Shown here one piece after another: positions 39,843 through 48,322 of a stretch of 64,000 nucleotides of DNA (position 1 is its first letter; each line of letters opens with the position of its first letter). A model generated the notes under the pieces. It was given only the letters and a program-made list of their open reading frames with translations, had not been told where the DNA came from and searched no databases. The DNA lies in assembly GCA_018648805.1 (NCBI GenBank), contig JABGQM010000001.1:101896-165895 (forward strand), given 5' to 3'. Both the position numbers and the translations under genes were made by a program. This DNA is from Verrucomicrobiota bacterium. Its GTDB lineage: Bacteria; Verrucomicrobiota; Kiritimatiellia; UBA8416; JABMPJ01.

Positions 39843-42800
39843 ATGCTGATCACGAATATAAGCGAAGAGAACAGCTTGCTGACGCGGTTGGATCATCTAA
39901 TCGCGGAGAGCGAGGAGATGCGGGTTTTAGTGGGGTTCTTCTATTTCTGGGGAATCAGTGCCCTGCATGGCGGCTTGAGCAAGAACAAGGATTTTAAGGT
40001 TAAGATACTGGTGGGGCTGCAAGCGGAGGAGCATGCGGGGAAGATTGTTGAATTTGCGGGCGAACAGAGCCCGGAGATGACGGATGAAGAGCGGCGTTCG
40101 GGCTTCCTTGCAAGCCTGCGGTCAGTGATGCGAAGCCGCGAGGTTGATACGCAGAAATACTATGAACGAGTCTCGTTGTTTGTCGACCTGGTGAAGTCGG
40201 GGCAGATTGAAATCAAGAAGCCGCGCGAACCGAACCACGCGAAGCTGTATCACTATACACTGAAGAAGGGGCTGGCGCAGACACTGGACCGCAAGTACTG
40301 CTGGATTACGGGTAGCAGCAACATGACACGGCCCGGGCTGCTGGAGCAGAACGAGCTGAATGTGCAGCTTCTGGACTTTGGCGGCGAGGAGGCGAAGCAG
40401 TTCTTTGATGCACTGTGGAAGACCGCCGTGCCTTTGACCGACGATCCGGCCACCAAACAACGAATCATTGAAATGGTGGATGGCGATGAATCGCTCTTGG
40501 CCTCTGTTACTCCGTTCGAAGCATACGCGCTAGTCCTGAAGAACTACTTGGAACATCGCGATCTTTCCGACAGAACTCCGTCAATCGAGCGCGTTCTTGC
40601 TGAGCCGAAGGATGACGATGATGACTGCAAATATCGACCCTTGAGTTTTCAGGTGGATGCGGTCAATCAGGCCCTTTCGATCTTGCGTGAATACAATGGC
40701 GTGATCATTGCGGATGTGGTGGGTCTGGGTAAATCCGTGATGGGTAGCGTACTGGGCCGGGTGAATGGAAAACGGGGCATTGTGATTGCGCCACCGGGAT
40801 TGGTGGGAGATCAGAGCACAGGAACCGGCTGGTGGGGGTATCTGGAGGATTTCGGGCTGCATGACTGGCGCGCTGTTTCGCGCGGGAAACTGGATGAGGT
40901 ACTGGATCTCGTCAACCGCCAACGCGATTTCGAACTGGTTGTGGTAGACGAAGCACACTATTTTCGAAATCAGGACAGCGAGGATTATCACTATCTTTCG
41001 CAGATTTGCCGTGGCAAACAGGTTGTGTTGATGACGGCAACGCCCTACAGCAATCGCCCGAGCGATATGCTCTCACTTCTCAAACTGTTTACCCCCGCCC
41101 GACAATCGCTCTTGACTCCCGACGGGAATCTGGAAGCGCTGTTTCGAGGGTATCAGATTCAATACAACCGGGTTGACTACGTGTTGAAGCACCTTGAAAG
41201 TCCCGACCGTGCGGACAAAGTTGAGAGTCACTTGCGGAAGCTCGGCATATCGCTCGATGTCACGCAGGGGAACTACAAGAAGATCCGCCATGAGGTCAAG
41301 GCGCTCTGCAAAGGTTTGGCGCAGGAAATCCGGCAGGTGGTTGAACCGGTGATGATCCGCCGCAACCGGCTGGATCTGAAAGGCGATCCGGATTACGCGG
41401 GAGAAGTTGGCCAGAACCTGCCGACGATGCACGATCCGGTAGAGCAGTTCTACGAGCTGTCGCCAGAACAGAGCGAGTTCTACGATTTGGTCATCAGTGA
41501 GTATTTCGGCGAAGACAGCGCGTTTACGGGTGCGATTTATCAGCCCGGCGCCTATATGCCCGACCGGGCAGATGTGGACGCGGAGGCCGAAGAAGACGTG
41601 GGCGACTCTCGAGCGCTGGCCAATACCCAGCAGCGTAACATGTACAAGTTCATCCGCCGCTTGCTCGTGCGGCGTTTCGAAAGCTCATTCGGAGCTTTTG
41701 CCAACACGCTGGACAACCTGATTCGTGTGCACAGGAACGTAAGGCGGTTGGCCGTGCCCGCCCCGCTTGGCCGGGGGTTAATCGTCTTGGACCGTACGTT
41801 GATGGACAAGTTGGCGAATATGGAGAACGCATCTGACGAGGAAATCACCGAGATACTTCAGCGTCAGGAAGATCTGTTGAGTCCCGATGAGCTGGAAAAG
41901 CAACAGCGCAACCTACAAGTGTTCAGGGTTTCAGAGGATTTCGACGACGCAGGACGGGAGCAGTTCAATGCGGACCTACGAGCAGATATTCAGTTGCTGG
42001 AAAAGGTGAAAGCAGAAGTCGAGGCGCTCGACCTGATCGCCGATGATCCGAAGGCCCGAAAACTGATCGACGAGATTGAGGCGGTCCTTGCCGGGGAGCA
42101 CCCCGAACTCATCAGTGTTTCCAACGAACCACAACGGAAGATCCTCGTCTTCAGCGAGTTCGGTGACACTGTGAATCACCTGAAGGTGTATCTTGATGCC
42201 AAGTTCCCCGATCAGGTGTTGACCGTCCGCTCGCTGAGCAAAGGAGTTGCAAAAACGGTCCGCCAGAATTTTGATGGAGCCTGCAATCCTGGGTTGCAGC
42301 AAGATCAATACAAGGTCCTACTCGCAACCGATAAGATGTCCGAGGGATTGAACCTGAATCGCGCCGGATTGGTTATTAATTATGATATTCCGTGGAATCC
42401 GACGCGGGTGATCCAGAGAGTTGGGCGTATCAACAGAATCGGCACCAAAGTGTTTGATGATCTCTATCTGTTCAACTTCTTTCCGACCGAACAAGGCAAG
42501 GATCAGCACAATGTTCGGCAAATCGCGTCCAACAAGATGTTCATGATTCATGCATCAATCGGTGAAGATGCGAAGATTTTCGATACGGATGAGGAGCCGA
42601 CCCCGGCGGGGCTGTTCGAGAAGCTGAGCAGGAATCCCGACGAACTCGAAGAAGAGAGCTTTCTCACGCAGGCGAAGCGCGAGTGGGCTGAGATCCGCAA
42701 GAAGCATCCAGAGGTTGTCGAGAAGATCGGCAAGCTGCCAGGTCGCGTCAAGACCACGCAGCAGAGATCACCGGAAGGGGTCTACATGTTTGCTCGCAAG

Positions 42801-43280
42801 GGAATGACTCTGTTTGCCCTATGGCAACAGGTTGCGGGTGAAGAAGCAGAGATCGCTCACCTTTCGCTGCATGATGCCATAACCGCGATTAGATGTCCGT
42901 TTGATGCCAGGCCGGGCAAGCAGGTTGCGGACACGTTTTGGCCAAGCTATGAGGCTCTACAGGAAAGCCTGACCGATCGGCGGCATGCAAATCCACCGGG
43001 AGCAACGTCCCTAATCACCAAAGCACGCAACGTGCTTGCGACAGCGATTGGCAGCGGATCTGGTGGCTCTTTCGTGAAGATACTGCTGGACGATCTCCAG
43101 AATTGCGGCACTCTTTCAGATCGGACCTTGCGGAAGCTCATTGATGCCTCACGGGACAGCAAGGCGTTTGCGAAACTGATCAAGCAGCTTGAAACTGAAA
43201 TGGGGGCGGATTACCTGAATGCCATCAAGACGCGGATGCCACCCAATGAGGTGGTCATAGCGTTTGAGCACCAACTGTAA
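39843..43280 (+). CDS. PLD-family nuclease :: SNF2/SF2 helicase fusion protein
   Basis: N-terminal HxK…GSxN PLD motif (NHAKLYHY…ITGSSNMT); Walker A DVVGLGKSVMG, DEAH box VVVDEAHYFRN, helicase-C motif VI QRVGRINRIG; ~300-aa C-terminal extension. Confidence 0.85.
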   Translation: MLITNISEENSLLTRLDHLIAESEEMRVLVGFFYFWGISALHGGLSKNKDFKVKILVGLQAEEHAGKIVEFAGEQSPEMTDEERRSGFLASLRSVMRSREVDTQKYYERVSLFVDLVKSGQIEIKKPREPNHAKLYHYTLKKGLAQTLDRKYCWITGSSNMTRPGLLEQNELNVQLLDFGGEEAKQFFDALWKTAVPLTDDPATKQRIIEMVDGDESLLASVTPFEAYALVLKNYLEHRDLSDRTPSIERVLAEPKDDDDDCKYRPLSFQVDAVNQALSILREYNGVIIADVVGLGKSVMGSVLGRVNGKRGIVIAPPGLVGDQSTGTGWWGYLEDFGLHDWRAVSRGKLDEVLDLVNRQRDFELVVVDEAHYFRNQDSEDYHYLSQICRGKQVVLMTATPYSNRPSDMLSLLKLFTPARQSLLTPDGNLEALFRGYQIQYNRVDYVLKHLESPDRADKVESHLRKLGISLDVTQGNYKKIRHEVKALCKGLAQEIRQVVEPVMIRRNRLDLKGDPDYAGEVGQNLPTMHDPVEQFYELSPEQSEFYDLVISEYFGEDSAFTGAIYQPGAYMPDRADVDAEAEEDVGDSRALANTQQRNMYKFIRRLLVRRFESSFGAFANTLDNLIRVHRNVRRLAVPAPLGRGLIVLDRTLMDKLANMENASDEEITEILQRQEDLLSPDELEKQQRNLQVFRVSEDFDDAGREQFNADLRADIQLLEKVKAEVEALDLIADDPKARKLIDEIEAVLAGEHPELISVSNEPQRKILVFSEFGDTVNHLKVYLDAKFPDQVLTVRSLSKGVAKTVRQNFDGACNPGLQQDQYKVLLATDKMSEGLNLNRAGLVINYDIPWNPTRVIQRVGRINRIGTKVFDDLYLFNFFPTEQGKDQHNVRQIASNKMFMIHASIGEDAKIFDTDEEPTPAGLFEKLSRNPDELEEESFLTQAKREWAEIRKKHPEVVEKIGKLPGRVKTTQQRSPEGVYMFARKGMTLFALWQQVAGEEAEIAHLSLHDAITAIRCPFDARPGKQVADTFWPSYEALQESLTDRRHANPPGATSLITKARNVLATAIGSGSGGSFVKILLDDLQNCGTLSDRTLRKLIDASRDSKAFAKLIKQLETEMGADYLNAIKTRMPPNEVVIAFEHQL

Positions 43281-43308
43281 CAGGTCGTAAGTAACGAGGA
43301 GGGGAAGA

Positions 43309-43818
43309 ATGAGCAAGACAGGCAAATGCAAGAAGGCGGATCAGAGCCTAAAAGCCCTGGATGCGCAGGTCGCTGCGGTTACGGAGCATCTGATCTGTGT
43401 GTACGATGTTCTGGCCGGGATATGCAAAAAGAAACCCAAAGCTAAGTCACACACAAGGGTTCAGGAATTGAAGCAGCTTCCGGTAAAGCAAGGTGGGCTG
43501 GATTTCTATATCCAGTTTGCCCTCGTAGCAGATGATGCGGAAATAGAAGGCGCAATTGTTTACGGAGCATCCCGAGAACCTTGTTATCCAAATTCTCTTT
43601 GGCCGAATCCCGACAAGAAGCAACAGGAACGACCTCTAGCGTGTTTCTTTCTTGATTCCCTCGGAAAGGTCAGCATCAAAGGTAAATTGCAGGATGAGTG
43701 GTGGCTTACTGGCACAGAAGCAGATACCCAGGCAGCAGTTGAAGAAATGCACTATCGCGTCCTTGATATGATTTGGCGTGATGCATTGAACTGGACAAAC
43801 GAGCCACTCTTGCCCTAG
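43309..43818 (+). CDS. hypothetical protein (169 aa) in the island operon
   Basis: RBS GGAGGGG; no recognisable motif; AT-richer composition than the genome. Confidence 0.5.
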   Translation: MSKTGKCKKADQSLKALDAQVAAVTEHLICVYDVLAGICKKKPKAKSHTRVQELKQLPVKQGGLDFYIQFALVADDAEIEGAIVYGASREPCYPNSLWPNPDKKQQERPLACFFLDSLGKVSIKGKLQDEWWLTGTEADTQAAVEEMHYRVLDMIWRDALNWTNEPLLP

Positions 43819-43831
43819 CGGAGAAGGATTC

Positions 43832-45409
43832 ATGGAAAAGCTAACAGTACTGTCCCTCCTAAATAAATATCAGACATGGGTCAGAAATGGCGACATACAG
43901 TTTCTACCGAAAGCCTCTGAAGCCCAGAAAACCATCCTTGATCTTCTCGCCGAGCTTATTCCTGATTTCGAATTGGCAGGCGCGCAGGAGGGGGGGCTGA
44001 GCAAGAACCTTGACTGGTATAAAACACACGCGAAAGGCCGGAAGCTGTGGCAGGAACTTGTTAGCGCCTCTCTGAATAGCATAGACCCAGATTCCAAGGG
44101 AAATTCCACGCTGTTCGACTATCTAGAGAAAGCGACTCTCTTTGAGGATGTCTTGTATGGTCTTGAGGAGTACTACCGCGATCATACGCTTCACTCAATT
44201 TGGGTCTATTTGATAGGGGAATACATGCTCAGGGATCACCTCTCGGATGTCCGCAGTAACCTGAACTGGTATCTTTACAACGATTTTGAGAGTGAGAAGG
44301 CGTCCTACAAGCGGGATCTGATGCGCTACGCTCGTAAGAAGGAGCAGGATATTCGTGCTCAGGTAAACGAGAAACAAGATGCTGTTTGGTGCATCATGGC
44401 CCTTTGTCATGATTTAGGATACTCCCCCGCCAAGTTGAACAAGATCAATGATCGTGTCAGGGACGTTCTGAAGTTCTTTGATCTGCCGGAATTCAAACAA
44501 GTGGGGTATTCGCTGGATCTTGAGCAGCAGTTTCTCGTATCGCAAGTCCTTGAAATGATGGCTATGGATGTGCGCATCGTTCCGAGCGAGAATTACAGAG
44601 ATCCAGAAGTTGATACCGACGAAAAAGTGAAAATCAGAGGGTATCGTGATGACGCAACATACTGGCGCCTCTGCCGTGCTCTCGAGAAGCGACAGCATGG
44701 GATTCTAAGTTCCTATCTCCTTTACAAACTTGTCGGGTTGTTCGCCGAGTCGTGGGTTCGCGGGACCGGGGAAGAATGGGGACTTGAGGATTCTGAAGTG
44801 GTGGAGAATATCATTCGAGGTGACATTCTTTTTGCTATTGCGCAACATGAGTTCGATTATGCCCACATGAATCAGGTGGGAAGCCTCGCGGAAATCTTGT
44901 TCATTGCTGACGAGCTTGAGGAGTTTTCCCGGTATGGACGGCAACTTCTATCGCGGGAATACTCAGATACCACGGCTGAGACCGCCATAGAATTCACACC
45001 ACAAAACCCGAAACAGGGCGAGGATGTGGAGATCAATATTCTTTATGATTATGACACATCGCGAGGTCTGGCTGATTACTTCAACTTTTTCTGGCGAAAG
45101 GCGCAACGCCTCTGCACCGTCTATTCGCTTGATCTGGAAAAGGGTAGCGAGAGGTACTGTACAATCAACCGAGTCAAGATAACCGTCGCACGCGAGCGGC
45201 ACGAATTCTTCTTTGAGCTTCGCAAGGGAGCAGAGAACAAGAACAAGGGCTTCTTGCCTAGGACGAAGATTGGCCCTGTAGACTATGAAGAGGGAGAGTA
45301 CCTCCTCTCGTGCACGGATGACCGAATAGATGTGCTGACGAAGAACGGAAAAGTGAACCTGAAGGATTGGTGCAAGGATGCGGACAAACAGTACTCGTCA
45401 GCATCTTGA
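43832..45409 (+). CDS. putative HD-domain phosphohydrolase-like protein
   Basis: Candidate HD-superfamily motifs RDHTLHS and MALCHDLGY (cf. LLHDIGK); spacing longer than canonical; lowest-GC gene of the island. Confidence 0.4.
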   Translation: MEKLTVLSLLNKYQTWVRNGDIQFLPKASEAQKTILDLLAELIPDFELAGAQEGGLSKNLDWYKTHAKGRKLWQELVSASLNSIDPDSKGNSTLFDYLEKATLFEDVLYGLEEYYRDHTLHSIWVYLIGEYMLRDHLSDVRSNLNWYLYNDFESEKASYKRDLMRYARKKEQDIRAQVNEKQDAVWCIMALCHDLGYSPAKLNKINDRVRDVLKFFDLPEFKQVGYSLDLEQQFLVSQVLEMMAMDVRIVPSENYRDPEVDTDEKVKIRGYRDDATYWRLCRALEKRQHGILSSYLLYKLVGLFAESWVRGTGEEWGLEDSEVVENIIRGDILFAIAQHEFDYAHMNQVGSLAEILFIADELEEFSRYGRQLLSREYSDTTAETAIEFTPQNPKQGEDVEINILYDYDTSRGLADYFNFFWRKAQRLCTVYSLDLEKGSERYCTINRVKITVARERHEFFFELRKGAENKNKGFLPRTKIGPVDYEEGEYLLSCTDDRIDVLTKNGKVNLKDWCKDADKQYSSAS

Positions 45410-45424
45410 ATAGGTGAGATCTTT

Positions 45425-45802
45425 ATGGCGGGGAAAGTATACGGCTACGAGCTGATTCTGGATCTTCACGGTTGTGATGTGTCTACATTCAACCGCGAGA
45501 GTCTTGATAGCTATTTTGAGAAGCTCTGCAAGGCGATCAAGATGGTGAAGTGTGAGCGGTATTTCTGGGATGACGTCGGCGTCCCTAAGGAGGAGCAGCA
45601 AACTTCCCCGCATACGAAAGGCACGTCGGCGGTGCAGTTCATCCTGACTAGCACTATTGTGATTCATACACTGGAACTGATGGAAGCGGCCTACATAAAT
45701 ATTTTCTCCTGCAAAGAGTATGATGCAGGAGTGGCGGAGCAAATAACACGAGAGTGGTTTGGTGCAGAAGAATGCAAGACGCACTTTATCGAGAGGATCT
45801 GA
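45425..45802 (+). CDS. SpeH-like pyruvoyl-dependent S-adenosylmethionine decarboxylase family protein (small AdoMetDC fold)
   Basis: Colinear with bacterial SpeH: GYELILDLHGCD ~ GRHVISELWGCD; FILTSTIVIHTLELMEAAYINIFSCK ~ [26 protein letters not shown]; processing Ser retained but the flanking ES-H is T-S-T. Confidence 0.6.
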   Translation: MAGKVYGYELILDLHGCDVSTFNRESLDSYFEKLCKAIKMVKCERYFWDDVGVPKEEQQTSPHTKGTSAVQFILTSTIVIHTLELMEAAYINIFSCKEYDAGVAEQITREWFGAEECKTHFIERI

Positions 45803-45803
45803 C

Positions 45804-47180
45804 ATGCAATTGGTAGAGAAAGAGATACTGATCCCGGCACGCGATAACCAAGATGGACTTCTTGAGTATCTTGGCCAGGCGGTGGCCGCTGGCCTGAATG
45901 GCGATGAGATTCCCGTACGTGTTGCCGTTACGCGGACGGACAGTGAAGGATATCACTGTGAAGTGGGCATTCTCTCTGGAGTTGATCACTCCAAAGCCGA
46001 GAGTATTGAGTCGATGTTTGACCTTCGCCGCCGTGAATATGAAAACAACCAGGATTTCAATGCGGCGCTATTGGTTCCCACTGGAATAGGGGCGGAGATC
46101 GGTGGTCATTCGGGAGACGCTGGGGCCGTTGCACGGCTGATGGCCGCGAGCTGTGACAATCTCATTACGCATCCCAATGTCGTCAACGCCGCCGACATCA
46201 ACGAGTTGCCGGAGAACGGTCTCTATGTTGAAGGAAGTGTCATTTCCCGGCTGATGATGGGCACTGTCGGTTTACAGAAGGTCCGGTCAAATCGCGTGAT
46301 GATGATTGTGGATCAACACACTGACAAGATGTTCCATGAACTGTCCATCAACTCGGCCTCTGCCGCCCGTGCGGCCTTGGGACTAGACTGTCCTCTCGTA
46401 GTGAAGATGGAAGACCGTATTCTGATGCGTGCGTTGTTTTCAAAGTCAGGACGCGCTGTTGGCCAAATCGAGTTTCTGGAGTACCTATGCGAGGTGCTGG
46501 AAGAGCACCGGTCTGAATATGATGCCGTTGCCCTCACCTCGTTGATCAGTGTGCCAGAGCGTTTCCATAGCGACTACTTCGATAAGGACTCTGACATGGC
46601 TGTCAACCCGTGGGGCGGTGTTGAAGCCATGCTGACGCACGCTATCTCGATGCTATTTAACGTGCCATCAGCACATTCCCCCATGATGACATCGTCCGAA
46701 GTTATGAATCTGGATGTTGGCATCGTGGATCCCCGGAAATCGGCAGAGGCCGTTTCATCCACATATCTGCACTGTATTCTCAAGGGGCTGCACCGCAGCC
46801 CGCGGGTTGTGCCAGACATACCAATCCATGGCGATCCGGGGCTGTTGACTGTTGCGAACGTATCTTGTCTCGTGATTCCAGATGGGTGTGTTGGGTTGCC
46901 AACACTTGCGGCACTTGAGCAGGGCATCCCTGTTATTGCCGTCAAGGAGAACAAGAACTGCATGCGGAACCGGCTGGAAGATCTGCCCTTCGCACCAGGC
47001 AAACTCTTCATCGTTGAAAACTACCTTGAGGCCGCTGGCATCATGACGGCTCTAAGAGCAGGTGTTGCAGTGGACACTGTCCGCCGCCCCTTGGCGGATA
47101 CTGTGGTTGTGAACGCTCGCCGCCAGCACCATACAGAGTTTGCTCCGGCCGCAACCGAAGAGCGCACCTCGAGGGTGTGA
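45804..47180 (+). CDS. conserved hypothetical protein (458 aa), translationally coupled to the SpeH-like gene
   Basis: TGA-C-ATG coupling with the upstream gene; glycine-rich segment VPTGIGAEIGGHSGDAGAVARLMA and C-terminal VIPDGCVGLPTLAAL suggest Rossmann/SLOG-like folds (speculative). Confidence 0.5.
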   Translation: MQLVEKEILIPARDNQDGLLEYLGQAVAAGLNGDEIPVRVAVTRTDSEGYHCEVGILSGVDHSKAESIESMFDLRRREYENNQDFNAALLVPTGIGAEIGGHSGDAGAVARLMAASCDNLITHPNVVNAADINELPENGLYVEGSVISRLMMGTVGLQKVRSNRVMMIVDQHTDKMFHELSINSASAARAALGLDCPLVVKMEDRILMRALFSKSGRAVGQIEFLEYLCEVLEEHRSEYDAVALTSLISVPERFHSDYFDKDSDMAVNPWGGVEAMLTHAISMLFNVPSAHSPMMTSSEVMNLDVGIVDPRKSAEAVSSTYLHCILKGLHRSPRVVPDIPIHGDPGLLTVANVSCLVIPDGCVGLPTLAALEQGIPVIAVKENKNCMRNRLEDLPFAPGKLFIVENYLEAAGIMTALRAGVAVDTVRRPLADTVVVNARRQHHTEFAPAATEERTSRV

Positions 47181-48187
47181 TGAACAGGACGTTGGGATAC
47201 ATTCTTCTGTTGGGGGCTCTGCTCTCTCTCACTCCCGGCGTTTGCTCGGCTCGGAACCCGATCAGTGATTTCATGGCATCCATACGATATCGTCGGGCCT
47301 ATCAGCATGCCTGCGATGCGCATGCCTGTAAGCAGTCCGAGGACTACGATGGTGCCATCAAGAGTGCCTCGAAAGCGATCAAGGCGAACCGCGGGTATCG
47401 ATATGCGTACGAACTCCGTGCCGTGTGTTACTCGCACAAGGGCAACTTCAAGTTGGCTTTGGCCGACTGTAACACGGCCGCCGGTCTCAAGCCTTCCACC
47501 TCCTATATCTACACGCTGCGGGCAAGGGTGCATTCTGCCCTTGGCAACGACATGGCGTGTATTGCCGACTGTGACCAGGCGATCTCTCTAGACCCCAAGA
47601 GCGCTTATAGTTACGGGCTGCGCGGCTGGGTCAAGATGGGGCAGGGCCATCATGAAACGGCCATCAAGGATTTCGATACGAGCATCTCTCTGCAGGATGA
47701 CGAGGGCAAGACCTACTTCTGGCGGGCACGCGCCCTGGCGGCCACCGACAACTTCGAGGCTGCCTTGAAGGATCTTGAGTCGGGCGCCGCGCTGGACGGC
47801 TGGAACCATCACGCCTACCTGATGCGGGCACGGGTCCATGCCGACATGGGGTCCATCGCGAAAGCCATTGAGGATTGTGACCGGGCCATGGCGGCGGCAG
47901 AGGATTCACCAGAGCCCCTCAACACCAAAGCCTATATGCTCTGCACCATGCCCGATGAGAAATGGCGCAACGGTACGGAGGCATTGAAGTTGGCGCAACG
48001 CGCCTTGGAAATCTGCGGGGAGCGCCCCGCGCATATTCTGGATACCCTCGCCTGTGCCTACGCTGAGCTGGGCCGGTTTGACGAGGCCATCGCGGTTCAG
48101 CAGGAGGCCGTGAAGAAGCGTCCGGAGCACGCCGTTCTGCTTGAGCACATGGAGGCCTTCAAAGCACGCCGTCCCTGGCGGGAGTAG
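47180..48187 (+). CDS. secreted TPR-repeat protein
   Basis: Signal peptide then Cys-rich N-terminus and multiple TPR-like repeats; start overlaps the upstream stop (TGATG). Confidence 0.6.
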   Translation: MNRTLGYILLLGALLSLTPGVCSARNPISDFMASIRYRRAYQHACDAHACKQSEDYDGAIKSASKAIKANRGYRYAYELRAVCYSHKGNFKLALADCNTAAGLKPSTSYIYTLRARVHSALGNDMACIADCDQAISLDPKSAYSYGLRGWVKMGQGHHETAIKDFDTSISLQDDEGKTYFWRARALAATDNFEAALKDLESGAALDGWNHHAYLMRARVHADMGSIAKAIEDCDRAMAAAEDSPEPLNTKAYMLCTMPDEKWRNGTEALKLAQRALEICGERPAHILDTLACAYAELGRFDEAIAVQQEAVKKRPEHAVLLEHMEAFKARRPWRE

Positions 48188-48322
48188 GGAATTGAACCGC
48201 CTTGTGGGGCATTCATTCACTTCTTCCAGAGCTTCAAGCCCCATTGTTCTCACGTGGAGTTTCGCGTTGGAATCCCATTCTGTTCTGTAACTGCCTATCG
48301 CCATAATGGTAGGAAGATCGGC

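Noticed and set aside
45759-45803. Longer N-terminal extension of the 458-aa gene (track ORF 45759..47180)
   Set aside because: It would overlap the SpeH-like gene by 44 bp in another frame. The ATG at 45804, immediately after the upstream stop (TGA-C-ATG), is the more parsimonious start.
34352-47180. Assignment of the island to canonical BREX (type 1 or 3) or DISARM class 1
   Set aside because: No PglZ phosphatase, BrxC/PglY ATPase, BrxA/B/L, DrmA or DrmB(DUF1998)-like proteins could be recognised among the island genes. Only the MTase, SNF2 and PLD components overlap with those systems.
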